Assembly: GCA_024704765.1 (NCBI GenBank)
Contig: JAKMXF010000316.1
Coordinates: 186,001 to 250,000 of the forward strand
Length of the DNA: 64,000 nt
Source: Oopsacas minuta
Lineage: Eukaryota; Animalia; Porifera
Direction of reading: 5' to 3'
Positions 12,240 through 24,149 of the stretch are shown here, in pieces (position 1 is the stretch's first letter; every line of letters begins with the position of its first letter). The notes below the pieces were generated by a model. The model saw nothing but the letters and a program-made list of their open reading frames with translations. It was not told the DNA's origin and did no database searches. The translations under genes and the position numbers were made by a program.

Positions 12240-12813
12240 GGGCCTGCCACGAAATTTTTGGTCCGAGGGATCAATTTTTTCATGGAATATGGGTCCGTTG
12301 CTGAAAATCTTAGTCATAGAGCGGACAATTTTCCATGGAGTTTTGGTCCATTGTAGGACCTGTCGCGAAATAGTCGGTCCGGCAGGAGCGAATATTCCAG
12401 ATATATTTGGTCTGGCTGGTCTAAAATATTTTCAACCATTTCAGGTTCTGGGTACTAAATGATATCTTTCTGACAAAATACAGACGTGTTGGGGTTTTCT
12501 AAGCAACCTAGGTTGCTATATAGGAACCCTCAAGCAGAAGACTGCCATCGGTCCCTAAAATACTCGAGCAACCTAGGTTGCTAAGAAATATCCAGCAACT
12601 AGTTTGCTATTTTGAAAATCTTAATCAATAACTAACAGCAAAATATATGCAACAATCCGGGTTAGAAAACGTCCGTATTTTGTCAGAGATATCATTTGGT
12701 ACTCAGAGCTAGAAATGGTTGAATATTTTGGACGACCAAATTCTACACGGTCCGAATACATCTTGACAGATTAACCAGATTTTCAGTTAGGGCCAATTTT
12801 CCAGTGACAGGCC
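12240..12813. mobile_element. Foldback-type MITE with GGCCTG(T/C)CAC termini and nested palindromes
   Basis: Terminal GGGCCTGCCACGAAATTTTTGGTCC vs GGGCCAATTTTCCAGTGACAGGCC. Inner inverted repeat of about 70 bp (12423-12502 vs 12662-12729). Two perfect AGCAACCTAGGTTGCT palindromes. Confidence 0.65.
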
Positions 12814-13064
12814 TACTACAAGTAATCGTCACAGGGAAAATATACATTACCACCTGTGCCGACAGGTAATGTCAATGAGGCACTATATTTTGGGCATTCT
12901 TAAAGCACCTCCATTGATATTTCCTGGCGTAACGGGTTGTAATAATATTTTTGGTGAATATTTTGAAATTTTTGATGTTATCGTCACCTAATTATGCTGA
13001 CGTCATCATATTATGGATCAATGGATAGATATCCATCCAATGAACATTTCATTCATTGTAAGAA

Positions 13065-15239
13065 CAGTGGAACCTCGAGAACTGGGCACAAAAAGTAGCC
13101 CGAACAAGTGCCCCAGTTCGGGAGAGTGCCCCAATTCGCGAGTCTTTAAAATGTCCCACATTTCCAAACGCAACGCATAGGTGGTAGATATAAAGCTCAT
13201 ATTAAGATTTCACAGTTACAGTCAATCACCAGTCAAGTTAATATCATTGTTCAGAATTTTTGAAGAACTCAGTGATGCTCGTCTGACGAAGCTCAGAGGC
13301 CATTCGGTCTGTGATGAGTTGGCTGTACCACTGCAGGTCAATAGTATCACCGATGGCGTTTTTATCTCCACGAAATATGGCGTACATTTGCAGTGTCCTG
13401 ATAGCAGCGAGAGCCTCGGAGTTCCTTGGGGCTTCAGAGGCGGTTTCTTCCACTTCTCCGATATCGCTGAGATACATTTTGTCTCCTCCGGAGTCCACAA
13501 CTGTAGAGTTGTCAAGCACAGCCATGTCGGATAGAGCCTCTGGAGTCTCTTGAGGAGGGAATAAGACCTTGTCATCATCCTCCCGGACCTGCATGTCCAG
13601 TTCCTCCTGTTCTAACTCATCGCAATACCCTAACTTCATCGCAGGAGCGGGATCGGCCACTACACCAACCTTACAAAATCCGCGGTTTGCGAAGCACTTC
13701 GAAATTGTACGTTTCTCGACTTTTTCCAGGCTCGAAAATCCACACCATGACCAACGCGATGTTGATGGCCTTGAGGGGGTCGTCATCAGCGGCCTGCTGG
13801 CTAAATAGGCTGCCGAGTATATGGATGGAGCTGCTCTCTGTACTTCAGTTTTAGAGCTTGAATTATCCCTTCGTCACATGGCTGAATGCACGACTTAGTA
13901 TTCTTGGGGAAGTATACGAGCTTGACTGCCTTTAGTGAAATATCACGCATATTATGTACCCCTGCATTGTCCATGGTGAGCAGCACGTTTCGGCCCTGGG
14001 CGCTCATCCTGCAGTCGAAGTCTCGAAGCCACTCCTTGAATATGCGACCAGTCATCCATGCAAATTTCTATGACCGGTAAATTACAGGCAACTTTCCTAA
14101 ATTGGCGCCTTTGAGAGCTCTCGGGTTCACTGCCTTTCCGATCATCAAAAGCTTTCCCTTCTCCCCCATCCATGAGCAGCAGATGAGCACAGTCAGCCGT
14201 TCTTTCTGAACCTTCTTCCCGTGACCACTGTCCCCAGCCCTGACCAGAGATTTCTTCATGGCTTGTTTGAATCTTAGGACGGTCTCGTTGCAATTAAAAA
14301 CCTCTTTCATCCCATATTCTTTCAATATATCAGGCAATTCCTCCATCCAGTTCTTAACCAGTTACTTGTCCACAGCAGCCGCCTCTCCACTCTAGTTCTT
14401 TCTGACAATCCTGTGTCTCTTCTTCACCTTATCAAGCCAGCCTTCTGAAGCCTTGAAGTTGTTGATGCCACGCTTAGTCGCTTCTCACTTGCCTAACTCC
14501 GTCAACATGGGACCAGTGACTGACATACCCCTCTCCTTCGCCACTCAATGAAGCTCACCACAGCATTTTCGATGTCTTCATACTGCGGGTTGATCTGTAC
14601 GATCTTCCTTTTCTTAACGTGATCTGGTATTTCGTCTTGTCCGTTCCTGAGCTTTTCGATATCCTTCTGCTGCCGCTTCAACTGCTGACGTTCCCTTTGC
14701 TAGTTCCCATGTCTCTGGCTATCGCTCGTTCGGCCAAGCCTTCCTCGGACAGTTTGAGGATCTTTGAACGCTGTTCGAGGTTAAGATGTGGTTTGGATGA
14801 GGAAAACATACAGGAGATATAGAATGACTAATAAAAAAAATACCGAGGAGACGTCGAATGCGTGCATTATTCAATTCATGTTACAAAATGAACATGAACT
14901 ACATCGTATAATGAAGATGAATGTTCATTTCTTGAAACAAACATGCCGCAGTGTTCCTACCTTAGTTCTAGATTTTGGAGAAAGAAATCGAAAGATTGTG
15001 TTGAAAAGTTGAGATGATGATGACACATACACACACATACTTACATACAATCACATACAATCACAGAGAGAGAGAGACAGGGAGCATAAAAAAACAAAAA
15101 ATCTTATCAAAACAAAGCGCCCCACTCCGCGAGGGTAATATGCTAGGAACGGAACCAAAATGTCAAAAATTTTGGGTCAACTACCCCACTTCAAGAGGTG
15201 CCCCACTACGCGGGTGCCCCTGTTCTCGAGGTTCCACTG
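13065..15239 (-). mobile_element. pogo/Tigger transposon (TIGD4/6-like transposase), full length, disrupted
   Basis: TIRs CAGTGGAACCTCGAGAAC. Minus-strand pieces FKASEGWLDKVKKRH, FNCNETVL, KERLTVL, AWMT..IF.EWL, LLTMDNAGVH, QPCDEGIIQALKLKY. AC/AG microsatellite at about 15020-15080. Confidence 0.9.
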
Positions 15240-15693
15240 TACCACTAAAATATCACATATCCGAAAAACACCACTTGTGTGCCAACATATCGACACAATG
15301 TATCGGACTTGTTGACTACGAAAAGCACATTCATGACTAACAAGAAACTTATGTACGAAATTTCAAAATACAATTCAGAAATTGGGATCTTTTGATGCAT
15401 CATCGTCACCCAATGTTGCAAAAGTCATCATTATGTAGGCCAATGGATTAAAGTCAACCAATAGACATTATATAAATTCGAAAATATTTTATAGGTGTAA
15501 AATAATTTGATGTAATTCACATTGTATAACTTACAATGACAATTCTGACCCCACTTCGTCAATCAATTAATGGTCAATCTGGGGTCAATTTTGACCCCAC
15601 TAAGTCTATTTTTATGAAAATATATACTCAGTTCATGCTGTGATATACTTTATATAGAACGATTTTAAATTCACGTGTCACGCTCTAGTAAAT

Positions 15694-18600
15694 TTAGTGG
15701 AAAAGTCTTGTATAGTTAGGTATTAAATCAATAGCTGAAAACTGGATATAACTAATATCGGTTAACAAATTAATATTTATCCCATCTTTTAGGCAAAGAA
15801 GTGTAAGCTGTTGAAAATGTTTATTACTAGAAGCAATGTAAAAAAGAGCTTTGGATTGGGAAATTTCGTGTTCTTTGAATTCTATAATCTCTAACATTGT
15901 CGATCGAGAATATTGATCAGAGTCAGAATTATAGCACACCCACATTTGATCAGTTTCTGTTCCAAAATAGTGGTATAATGCGATCATTGCCCTCGAAAGT
16001 TGAACAATATACTCTAAAGAAGGATTATTTTGTAATGATACTAGAATTGCAATTGATTCAGTAATAATACGAAAACAATTTTGGATTAGCTGTTCACTAA
16101 ACTCTAACGATTTAAAGTTTCGATAAACAAGCATATCGAAAATTCTGTGGGTGGATGTAGAGATGTGGAAGTTCAACTTTTTAGTACATAACTCAGTACA
16201 CTTTTCGAAGACGGTAATCCCGAAAGATGAGAAAGATATCTGGGTATTCGCAAAATCAGAGCATATAGGAGAATAATTATCAAGAAAAACATCAAACTCT
16301 AATGAAACAGAATTCAAATATGAAATAGTGTCGATATATAGTTGATTAAGTCTTTTGTAAGATAATACTGTTTTCATTACATATCTAGAATAAGTTTCCA
16401 GCGGAATGGCTTCGTCAATAATTGTAGCGAGTTTGCATAAATAAAATACGTAATTCTTCAAGGAAGAAATGCAATCAATAAAATTTTGAGAAGAATAATA
16501 CATGCAAAAACAACTATATAAAGTTTCAAGTAGGATCTCAATATCTATTATGTTACGTTTTCTATTCGTTTCGATATGAGAGAAAGCGAAATCAAGCTTA
16601 CGAGTTGCCAATTCAAATTCGAATCTTGTTTTTATGTATGAGTAGTAATTCCAAGATTTATCCGAAATATTTTTATGAAATAATCGTATGTAGTTTTCCA
16701 GATATTCATTAGCTAAAGAATATTCCAAGAAATTTCCAACAGAATTGTAGAAATGAAGAAGTACATTAATTGGAAGAAATTTATCTTGTAACATACGTGT
16801 AATAATAGATTGGCCATTAATTGAGAAATTGAATGCATCGTGGATAGATGCCTTCAATGACTGGATCTTATAATCAAAGAAGAGTTTAGGTGACAATTCT
16901 AAAAAGACTTCACATTCAGCCACAATATCAATCGTGGGCTGCAGTTCTCCTAACTCTAACAATACATTTGAAATTTCTAGTGCCAAATAAATGATGAAAT
17001 CAGATTGATAGAAGGTATAAAAAATATCTAAATTTATATTTTTGCAGGTTGCTGATGCGCTATCAGGTAAAAACGGACCCGGTAATACAATTGCTTGATT
17101 ATGAAAATCTTTAGTAATTTCATGCAGAATACTTCTATCTTCTTTTGCAAAGTATTCTCCATACAATTTTTCCTTCCAAAATTCATATGAAGAATCGAAA
17201 ATGAATTTTTTGGAATATATCATCATACTTATATAGGATAAATGCAACCAACTTCTTGGACAATTTTCATTAGTTGTTGATATGTAATGGATAAGAAGGA
17301 GAGGGATTAACTGATAATGTGAGAATAATGACAATTTTAATTCCTCCTTGAAATAATTGAGATAATACATAGTAATATTTGGATATTTCAAAGAAATTTT
17401 AGGCCTTTGGTTAGTATCAATTAGTTGAGTTCGATTTAGAATATATTGTGACCAATCGGGTAAACTATGTGGTACAGCCATATTAGTATTGAATTTAGTA
17501 GATCCTTTACTCTTTTTCGACAGTTCTTGAGTCGTCATTCTAAGATCTGTATCTCGAACAACAGTTTGGTTCAACATTGAATAAACACAAAAGAGAAGAA
17601 GTCGAAGATTGGAATCATACAAAAGTCCATCTGATCTACCAGAGAGAATTAGGGATATGATAGATAGTCGAAAAAAACAGTCAATTTCGGGGGTAGTCCA
17701 TTCCTCAAAAGATTGATTAAATTTTCCATAGTTTTTGTTTTGATGTATAAATTCGGGAGCAAGAGGCGCATCTTTCTGATATATTCCATCATCATCCCCT
17801 ATATTGTCAATCAATCTCTCAAACACATATTCAATAAGTTGTCCTAATGTATCTTCAAACAAAGTACACAACACTTTGGGAGGATATTTGATCAGCACCA
17901 ACCAGCTCAAAAATTCGAACAAAACTTCAATTCGTAAAAGAAAATCATCAACACCAGAAAGGGATTCAAGTGCAGATTTATAATAAACGAATTTAAACTT
18001 AAATGAAGTTGAAGCATGAGCAGCCATCAACCACAAGTCAGATTGATCAATCTGATCAAAATCTGCAATAATTCGTAAGATATCCATGTGTACGTCTATT
18101 TTCATATTTGATTTGAAAATGATCAAATATTTAAATAAATTTTGATGGGATTCTCTAGGGATTTGTGTCAATGCCAATTCCACAAATTTGAGACCAATAT
18201 TCCACATCTTCTGGCGAGAGAATGCATCCAAGCAAAGCATAAAAAATTCTATCCTAATGTCTTTACCTTTATCAAATCTAAAAAGTGAAATTTCTACTTT
18301 CTTATATTTAGACAAATATGATAAAATGGTTGTTGCATTTTTGGTAAGGAAATATGTAAACTCAGGTGTGTTTAAAACTAGCCTACAATAATTTAATATC
18401 ATTTGTAAACAGTATAAAAATAAATTTACACTGTTACTCTCATTTCCATAAGAAAACGCTTTGAGCATTTGTTCGAATATTTCGCTCGATCTTGCAAAAG
18501 GTTTCACACAAGACAAACTTATTGCTGAAATAGACTCCAATTGTGACAAACAAAAACATATTTTCTGGTGGACAATCATAGTTTGTGACTCGCTCAAAAG

Positions 18601-19641
18601 CAAAATTCCAATATTTCGCCCATACTCAACACAGGAAGATACCATACTATAATGCTCTACATTAAGGTAGAGTCCCGCCAATTCTATTATTAGTTCCAGA
18701 TTGATTATACTGTTGGGACTTTTTGAACACGTCAGGCAGTCAAACGCAGAACTAAGTGCAATTTCTGGAACTAGGAGATTAGAATTTTTAGAGGATAGTA
18801 CTTCAATCATCACAGTAGCCTTAATTATATGCAAATCATCAGAATCTTTGAAAAGTTCGATTAAGAATTCATAGCGAATTTTCTGACCAAGTTGAATTAA
18901 GACTTTGACCCAAATAGAGACTAACTGTTTGAAATTTGTGAGATTTAAGTCAATGTTCATTAGCAATGAAAGTGAAAATTCACATATTTCCTTGGCTTCC
19001 TTTAATAATTCTTCACTAACTACTTCCAATTGTGTTCCAAACCCTGAGGATGAGATTGGAGTATCGACATTCTTTTTATCTTTGTCATTCTTGAGAGAAC
19101 CTTTCAAGGTTGTGCCTGGGATCACGGGTGGAACAGATTTAGTATGTTGTGACGATTGGTATAAGCAATTGATACATGCATATGATAATTTGTAGATGAG
19201 TAAGTGTGGTGAAACATTATGTTTTGAGGTAATGTGAGAATATATGTCACGTAGGGGTTGGAGGAGAACAATTTCGTTTTTCAGTGTATATAAATGTCTT
19301 GTGTAGTTCCAAAAGCATACCAGACTGTTCGAAATTAGCCAACTTTGGTTTAAATCTAATGCCCATTGTCCAGCAAAAATAAATCTCTCAACAGCTGTAA
19401 CACTCAGTGTATTCATCAAAGAGGCAAATTTCAACCATCTCTGGTCATCTTTATACAAATCATTAAGATGAAAACTCGTTAAATCAGGTGAAACATGGAG
19501 TTGTAAATCTTCCTTTAGTATAAATTGAACAATTCCTTCAGCTAAAATGTACTGAGCTTCGGCAAATATTTGGAGAATTCCTTGATCACGAAATTTCAGA
19601 CTTGAGTTTTTCTTGGAGCTGCGTCCACTCGCGATGCTGGC
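15694..19641 (-). CDS. CFAP46: Large intact exon of CFAP46/TTC40-like gene (1,316 codons including the TAA)
   Basis: Acceptor CTTTAG| at 19642/19641, phase 0. Open frame to TAA at 15694. Matches to recalled human CFAP46 include IFAEAQYILAEG, WLISNSLVCFWNYTRHL, EICEFSLSL, KQLVSIWVK, WNIGLKFVELALTQIPRESH, PHSLPDWSQY and ALFYIASSNKHFQQLTLLCLKDG. Confidence 0.85.
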   Translation of the reverse strand, partial: ASIASGRSSKKNSSLKFRDQGILQIFAEAQYILAEGIVQFILKEDLQLHVSPDLTSFHLNDLYKDDQRWLKFASLMNTLSVTAVERFIFAGQWALDLNQSWLISNSLVCFWNYTRHLYTLKNEIVLLQPLRDIYSHITSKHNVSPHLLIYKLSYACINCLYQSSQHTKSVPPVIPGTTLKGSLKNDKDKKNVDTPISSSGFGTQLEVVSEELLKEAKEICEFSLSLLMNIDLNLTNFKQLVSIWVKVLIQLGQKIRYEFLIELFKDSDDLHIIKATVMIEVLSSKNSNLLVPEIALSSAFDCLTCSKSPNSIINLELIIELAGLYLNVEHYSMVSSCVEYGRNIGILLLSESQTMIVHQKICFCLSQLESISAISLSCVKPFARSSEIFEQMLKAFSYGNESNSVNLFLYCLQMILNYCRLVLNTPEFTYFLTKNATTILSYLSKYKKVEISLFRFDKGKDIRIEFFMLCLDAFSRQKMWNIGLKFVELALTQIPRESHQNLFKYLIIFKSNMKIDVHMDILRIIADFDQIDQSDLWLMAAHASTSFKFKFVYYKSALESLSGVDDFLLRIEVLFEFLSWLVLIKYPPKVLCTLFEDTLGQLIEYVFERLIDNIGDDDGIYQKDAPLAPEFIHQNKNYGKFNQSFEEWTTPEIDCFFRLSIISLILSGRSDGLLYDSNLRLLLFCVYSMLNQTVVRDTDLRMTTQELSKKSKGSTKFNTNMAVPHSLPDWSQYILNRTQLIDTNQRPKISLKYPNITMYYLNYFKEELKLSLFSHYQLIPLLLIHYISTTNENCPRSWLHLSYISMMIYSKKFIFDSSYEFWKEKLYGEYFAKEDRSILHEITKDFHNQAIVLPGPFLPDSASATCKNINLDIFYTFYQSDFIIYLALEISNVLLELGELQPTIDIVAECEVFLELSPKLFFDYKIQSLKASIHDAFNFSINGQSIITRMLQDKFLPINVLLHFYNSVGNFLEYSLANEYLENYIRLFHKNISDKSWNYYSYIKTRFEFELATRKLDFAFSHIETNRKRNIIDIEILLETLYSCFCMYYSSQNFIDCISSLKNYVFYLCKLATIIDEAIPLETYSRYVMKTVLSYKRLNQLYIDTISYLNSVSLEFDVFLDNYSPICSDFANTQISFSSFGITVFEKCTELCTKKLNFHISTSTHRIFDMLVYRNFKSLEFSEQLIQNCFRIITESIAILVSLQNNPSLEYIVQLSRAMIALYHYFGTETDQMWVCYNSDSDQYSRSTMLEIIEFKEHEISQSKALFYIASSNKHFQQLTLLCLKDGININLLTDISYIQFSAIDLIPNYTRLFH

Positions 19642-19922
19642 CTAAAGAAAGCTTCAATAAAGCCACGATAATGAATAAAACACAACACGTGACGTATATA
19701 TCTAAACATTGGCAAGAGAAAAGGCAAGGGGTTATGTCTGGCATATTTATACCATTGACAATCTTTGGATAGTAATTTCACAATTACTTCAGGATTTTAC
19801 TCAGATAGAAAATAAGTTATAAAAACCGGGGTAAGATAATTTCAACTGTAACCTATCAACTAAGCAATATTTTTCCAAAATTATCCGTAGAGTGCAAAAT
19901 AATGCACCTTTTGATCTCAGGA

Positions 19923-20500
19923 TCTATATTATTAAATCACAATTGTTGTCTATCTGTTTGTCTGTTTATCTGTTTGTCTGTCTATCTGTTTGTTTGCCCG
20001 TTGTCAGGGAAAGGATTTACTGTATGCAATTTTGAAATTGTCGCATAACTTTGTAGTTATCGTGTATATCAAGGAAGTAAATTGAATTCCATAAATCATG
20101 ACTAAATATACTGATTTTCATACTTTTGGATTAATCATATTTACTTTGTTGTTGCTTATATTAATATAATGCCAACATATTATCCAAATCTCAAAATATA
20201 CATACAGGTTATTTCTAAACTGTTGTCTAGGAGTAAGTCAATATGCTGAATACGAATTTCGAATTTCAAGTTTCTCATATATAAATATATTGTTGTTTTT
20301 ATGAATATAAAGTAAACAAATTTCAAAATTGAGGTAGAATCATACTTTCAACGACTATACTGGAATAGTCGAGTATGCTGAATCATAATATCATAAACAA
20401 CATCAATATTTGTAAATCTCAATTTTTGTTACATGTTTTTTGTCCGTTGAATACCTCGAGGTGCAACGCGCCGAGTTCATCGTGGGATCGACGAGCCATT
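19923..20500 (+). mobile_element. Non-autonomous Helitron-like repeat
   Basis: A|TCTATATTATTAAA start followed by a (CTGT/CTGTT)n microsatellite. Contains unit CAAATTTCAAAATTGAGGTAGAATCATACTTTCAACGACTAT shared with 44200-44400 (partial copy at about 9680). No clear 3' CTAG. Confidence 0.45.
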
Positions 20501-21155
20501 CTCGTTGGTATGAATTGTTCATTCTACAATTTTGGTGACATAACTTCTATTAGGCAGATTTCTGCAATAAATATTGTGTATAAAAACAAGAGTTCTAGAA
20601 TTGTTAATGATAAATCTCAGTTTAGTTGAAAAATGACATAATATTGATAATAATGTGACTTATAAATGTCTAACAGTGTCAAAATATCATATTTCGAGGT
20701 TAACATAGAACTATAACTCGTCCAAATAGAGCGTGTAAAACGTATTATACGGATAATCCGGTTAATAGGGACAATCTCCAGGAATGGAATAAACTCCATT
20801 ATAGTCAACATTTCAGGTAACGGGACAAACCTTTTAATCGAGTAAAATAGTAACTCAATCAAGAAGAAATTTCTCTTGAGTTAGGAAATTCAAATTTTTC
20901 TAGGTACACGTACAAAATTTAGATAAATATAGACTAAGTTTGGGATTAATTTGACCAAATCAAATTCTATTTCCAAGTCATTGCTATCAACATGAATCAC
21001 GGAAGGTACTAAACAATCCGAAAATTTTGAATATGTTGTAAGGTGTGGTTTGGCACATTTAGTCAGATTTTGGTATTATCAAAGTCTGAAAGTATAAATT
21101 CACAGATTAATCATATTTTCACACCTTTTTGAATGCATTTCAAAATTATCCTATA

Positions 21156-22995
21156 CAGTAGAAGCCGCTAAATCAGGATGCCTGATGAATCAATGATTCG
21201 TCCCGGTTAACAGATTGTCTCGATTAACCGATCATTATAAGAAATTTAAATTACCACCACTATATCATGGCTATAGGGTCTAGCAAGATGAGTTGTTGTA
21301 GCACGCATATAAAAGTTAAAGTTACAGTGTGTCCCATAAAAACCTGGAATAGGTAAATCATTTCAAAGAATATTATTATCGAAGATTTTTGCAATGTTTT
21401 CCGAAATATCTAAAGTAATTTAGTAGTTCTTCAGTATTATATCTTATAACCTCTACTTTCCTGAACCAGCTGACATCTTTTGGGCATGGAAGCCCAATAA
21501 GGTCGAAGAAAATCTGCATCTATCCCCTCCCAAATTTTCAATAGTTGTAATTGAGGTCTCGAATATTTTTAGGGTTGCGTTTGATTAGTTCTAACTTAAT
21601 CCAGGCGAACAAGTTTTCAATAGGGTTAACATCTGGACTTTGACTTGGCCAGTTTATTCTGTTTTGTTTCATATTTTTGTCAATCCATGCCTTGGTTAGT
21701 TTGGCTGTGTGTTTTGGGTCGTTATTCTGCACCAAAAACCACTCAGACCCATGAAAAACAGTTGCTTGTGTTATCAAATGCCCCTCTAGTATATTCACAA
21801 AGAGAGCTGCTGTGAGTATTTCTTGGGAAATACATAGTGGAAACATTCCTACAGACGAAAAAGCTGCCCAAATGTTGACTTTTTGGGTATGTTTCACTGT
21901 TGTTCCCAGCCTCTCAGTACCTTCCTTGGTCTACATGCGAATTCTCCCACGTGCGATCCAAATCGAAGCCTCATCGGCGAATATAGCATGTTGCCAATCA
22001 TTACTAAGATTTTTCTCTGCCCATTCAAGTCGTGATATACGATTTTTCTCAGATAGTAGAGGAATGGGGCTATGGCAGGGCTTCGTATACCTTAACTTCT
22101 TCAAAGCACATGCAATCGTATTCTTTGAGCTGGTAACTGGACACTTATCTGCCATAGCTCTAAGAGAAATGTAAGGGGTTCTCCGAATTTGTTGTGCGAT
22201 ACCGTTCGTTATTAATGGGAGTAATTTCCCTGGCCTCCCACTCCCTTTTCTTCGTTCAATTGGCAAACATTCACTTATTCGGGATTTTAGGTTGTAAACC
22301 GTTGATAATGAGACCCCTACAATTCTAGATATTTCCTTAACTGAGTGTTTATTCCTCTTTAGAAGTATAATTACGTGTTACCTTTTCTCAGTCGGACACA
22401 TGGTGAATAATAAATGCTATTAAATCAGAATGAAAATACAGCTATAAATGACTATAGCAAAAGTGTTTGTGTCATGATGATGCAACAATAAATATGCGCA
22501 AAAATGTTATATAATATAAGGAAAATGTATTCCCAATAAAAACATGACTTAATGGAATATAAAATTTTAAGTAGATATGTCTAATACAAACTATCAAACT
22601 CATAAAATGCTAGATGTAAGATAATTGACCAATTTCCAGATTTTTATGGGACATACTGTACAACTATGAAAATTCCTTTTTAGAAACCAAAACATTATAT
22701 AAGTGATTCTGAATATATATCTCGATTAAATTAAAAAGAATTGATAATCACTTAATTGGGATTGAAATCCAATTTAGCAATAATTTATCGAATTATTCGG
22801 TCTGCCTGGATAGAAACCCAGAATATGAGCGATAATAATCTTCAAAGTATTAGGTTACTGGATAAGAAATCCCGAGTAGCCAATTTGATCTCTCAATTAT
22901 CTGACGATATTTGTATGCAAAAATCTGTTTCTAAACATTATCCCGTTTAAGCGGATATCCCGATTATCCGAGTCCCAATTATGCGGGTTACACTG
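21156..22995. mobile_element. pogo-type MITE (same family as 48352-48903) interrupted by a Tc1
   Basis: CAGTAGAAGCCGCTAAATC and AATTATGCGGGTTACACTG ends. Subterminal TTATCCCGTTTAAGCGGATATCCCGATTATCCGAGTCCC closely matches 48848-48886. Confidence 0.7.
21325..22658 (-). mobile_element. Tc1 (DD34E-type) transposon, disrupted
   Basis: TIRs CAGTGTGTCCCATAAAAA and TTTTTATGGGACATACTG, TA TSD. Motifs FADEA, Q(N)NDPKH, WPSQSPDVNPIENL. Confidence 0.9.
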
Positions 22996-23389
22996 TATTT
23001 CAAAATTATCCTATTTCAGTTTAACACTTAATAAGGTGCAATCGGCTATGCAGAATAAGATTCTAATATTTGCAATATATATTTACACGATTTTTATATC
23101 ATTAATCATTTTTTATACATTTGGCCTATATTTCGAATGATATCAAAAATTTGCTTATTTAGCTCAATGGTTTTGTTTATTTGTAAGATACATGATCTAG
23201 AGCAGTTATTATCTACCTTATCAAAATTTCGGACACTCTGTTGATATCAATATATTCCGACGGTCCATTTTAACAATAATTATACGTATATTTTTAAAGA
23301 TGATTGGTATTAATACTATAGAGTTATAATCGTCAAATATCTGAAGTAGTAACTGTGGGTAAAATAATTGATATCGCGGTTCTATATTC

Positions 23390-23900
23390 TGATCTTAATT
23401 GCTTTCTTATCCTTGTGTATCATAAGCAAGGAGTTCAATTTTTGGCTTAATGTTTATTATCGCAAGCCTGAGGTCATTATGGATATCCAGTCTATTCTAG
23501 TTTTGTATTCTATCGCACAACATTACTGAACGCTATCTCAACCAAGTAAGTTGTTGCGAAAGGTAAAATCAACTCTTTTAGAGCGATAGAAGATAATGTC
23601 TTCGCTGTGATGGTCTTTGCAACCCAGAAGCATATATATCCCTTCTATCGAATGATTGGTTGCTCTCCTATTCGTTAGGGTTGTATTAATCTTTGATAAT
23701 GTGAAGGATACAAAACAGCTAAATTATTTGATTATCCATGTATTTAGTTATCCTTACATCCAGACAACGCATTAAGGGACTGAGTAAAGCTCCGAATTTT
23801 CCTTCTTTATCAAAATAATTCAATTATACTTAATTCTGTGGTGTATTTGCACTTTATTAATCATATTAGGAGGATATATTGGACTGAATCCATGGTGCCA
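23390..23900 (-). mobile_element. hAT (Buster/ZBED5-like) transposase C-terminal remnant
   Basis: Minus strand gives LILPFATTYLVEIAFS and RLDIHNDLRLAIINIKPKI, the hAT dimerisation domain. Confidence 0.7.
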
Positions 23901-24149
23901 ATCTAGGAAGAAGTGTATTTTTATATTCATCCAAATTGCTCCCCGATACTTTCAAGTCTGGTATTTCGTTTCTGCAGGAGTTCAGGAGAAATTCATATTG
24001 ATAATCTACTAGACCTTCAGTGAAAAAGGAAGCAGATAGATGGTCCCAAATTAAATCAACTATACAATTCGAATTTACCAGTGTAGTAATATTCTACACA
24101 TCAAAGTAACACAAACCACGGTGCAAAACAAGTACTACCAATCAACGAA

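Noticed and set aside
15540-15605. GGGGTCAAAATTGACCCC palindromic repeats as a regulatory site at the CFAP46 3' end
   Set aside because: More likely a small MITE fragment. There is no evidence of regulatory function.
18188-19195. Plus-strand ORFs 18188-18391, 18461-18652 and 18905-19195
   Set aside because: Antisense shadows of the large CFAP46 exon with no recognisable motifs.
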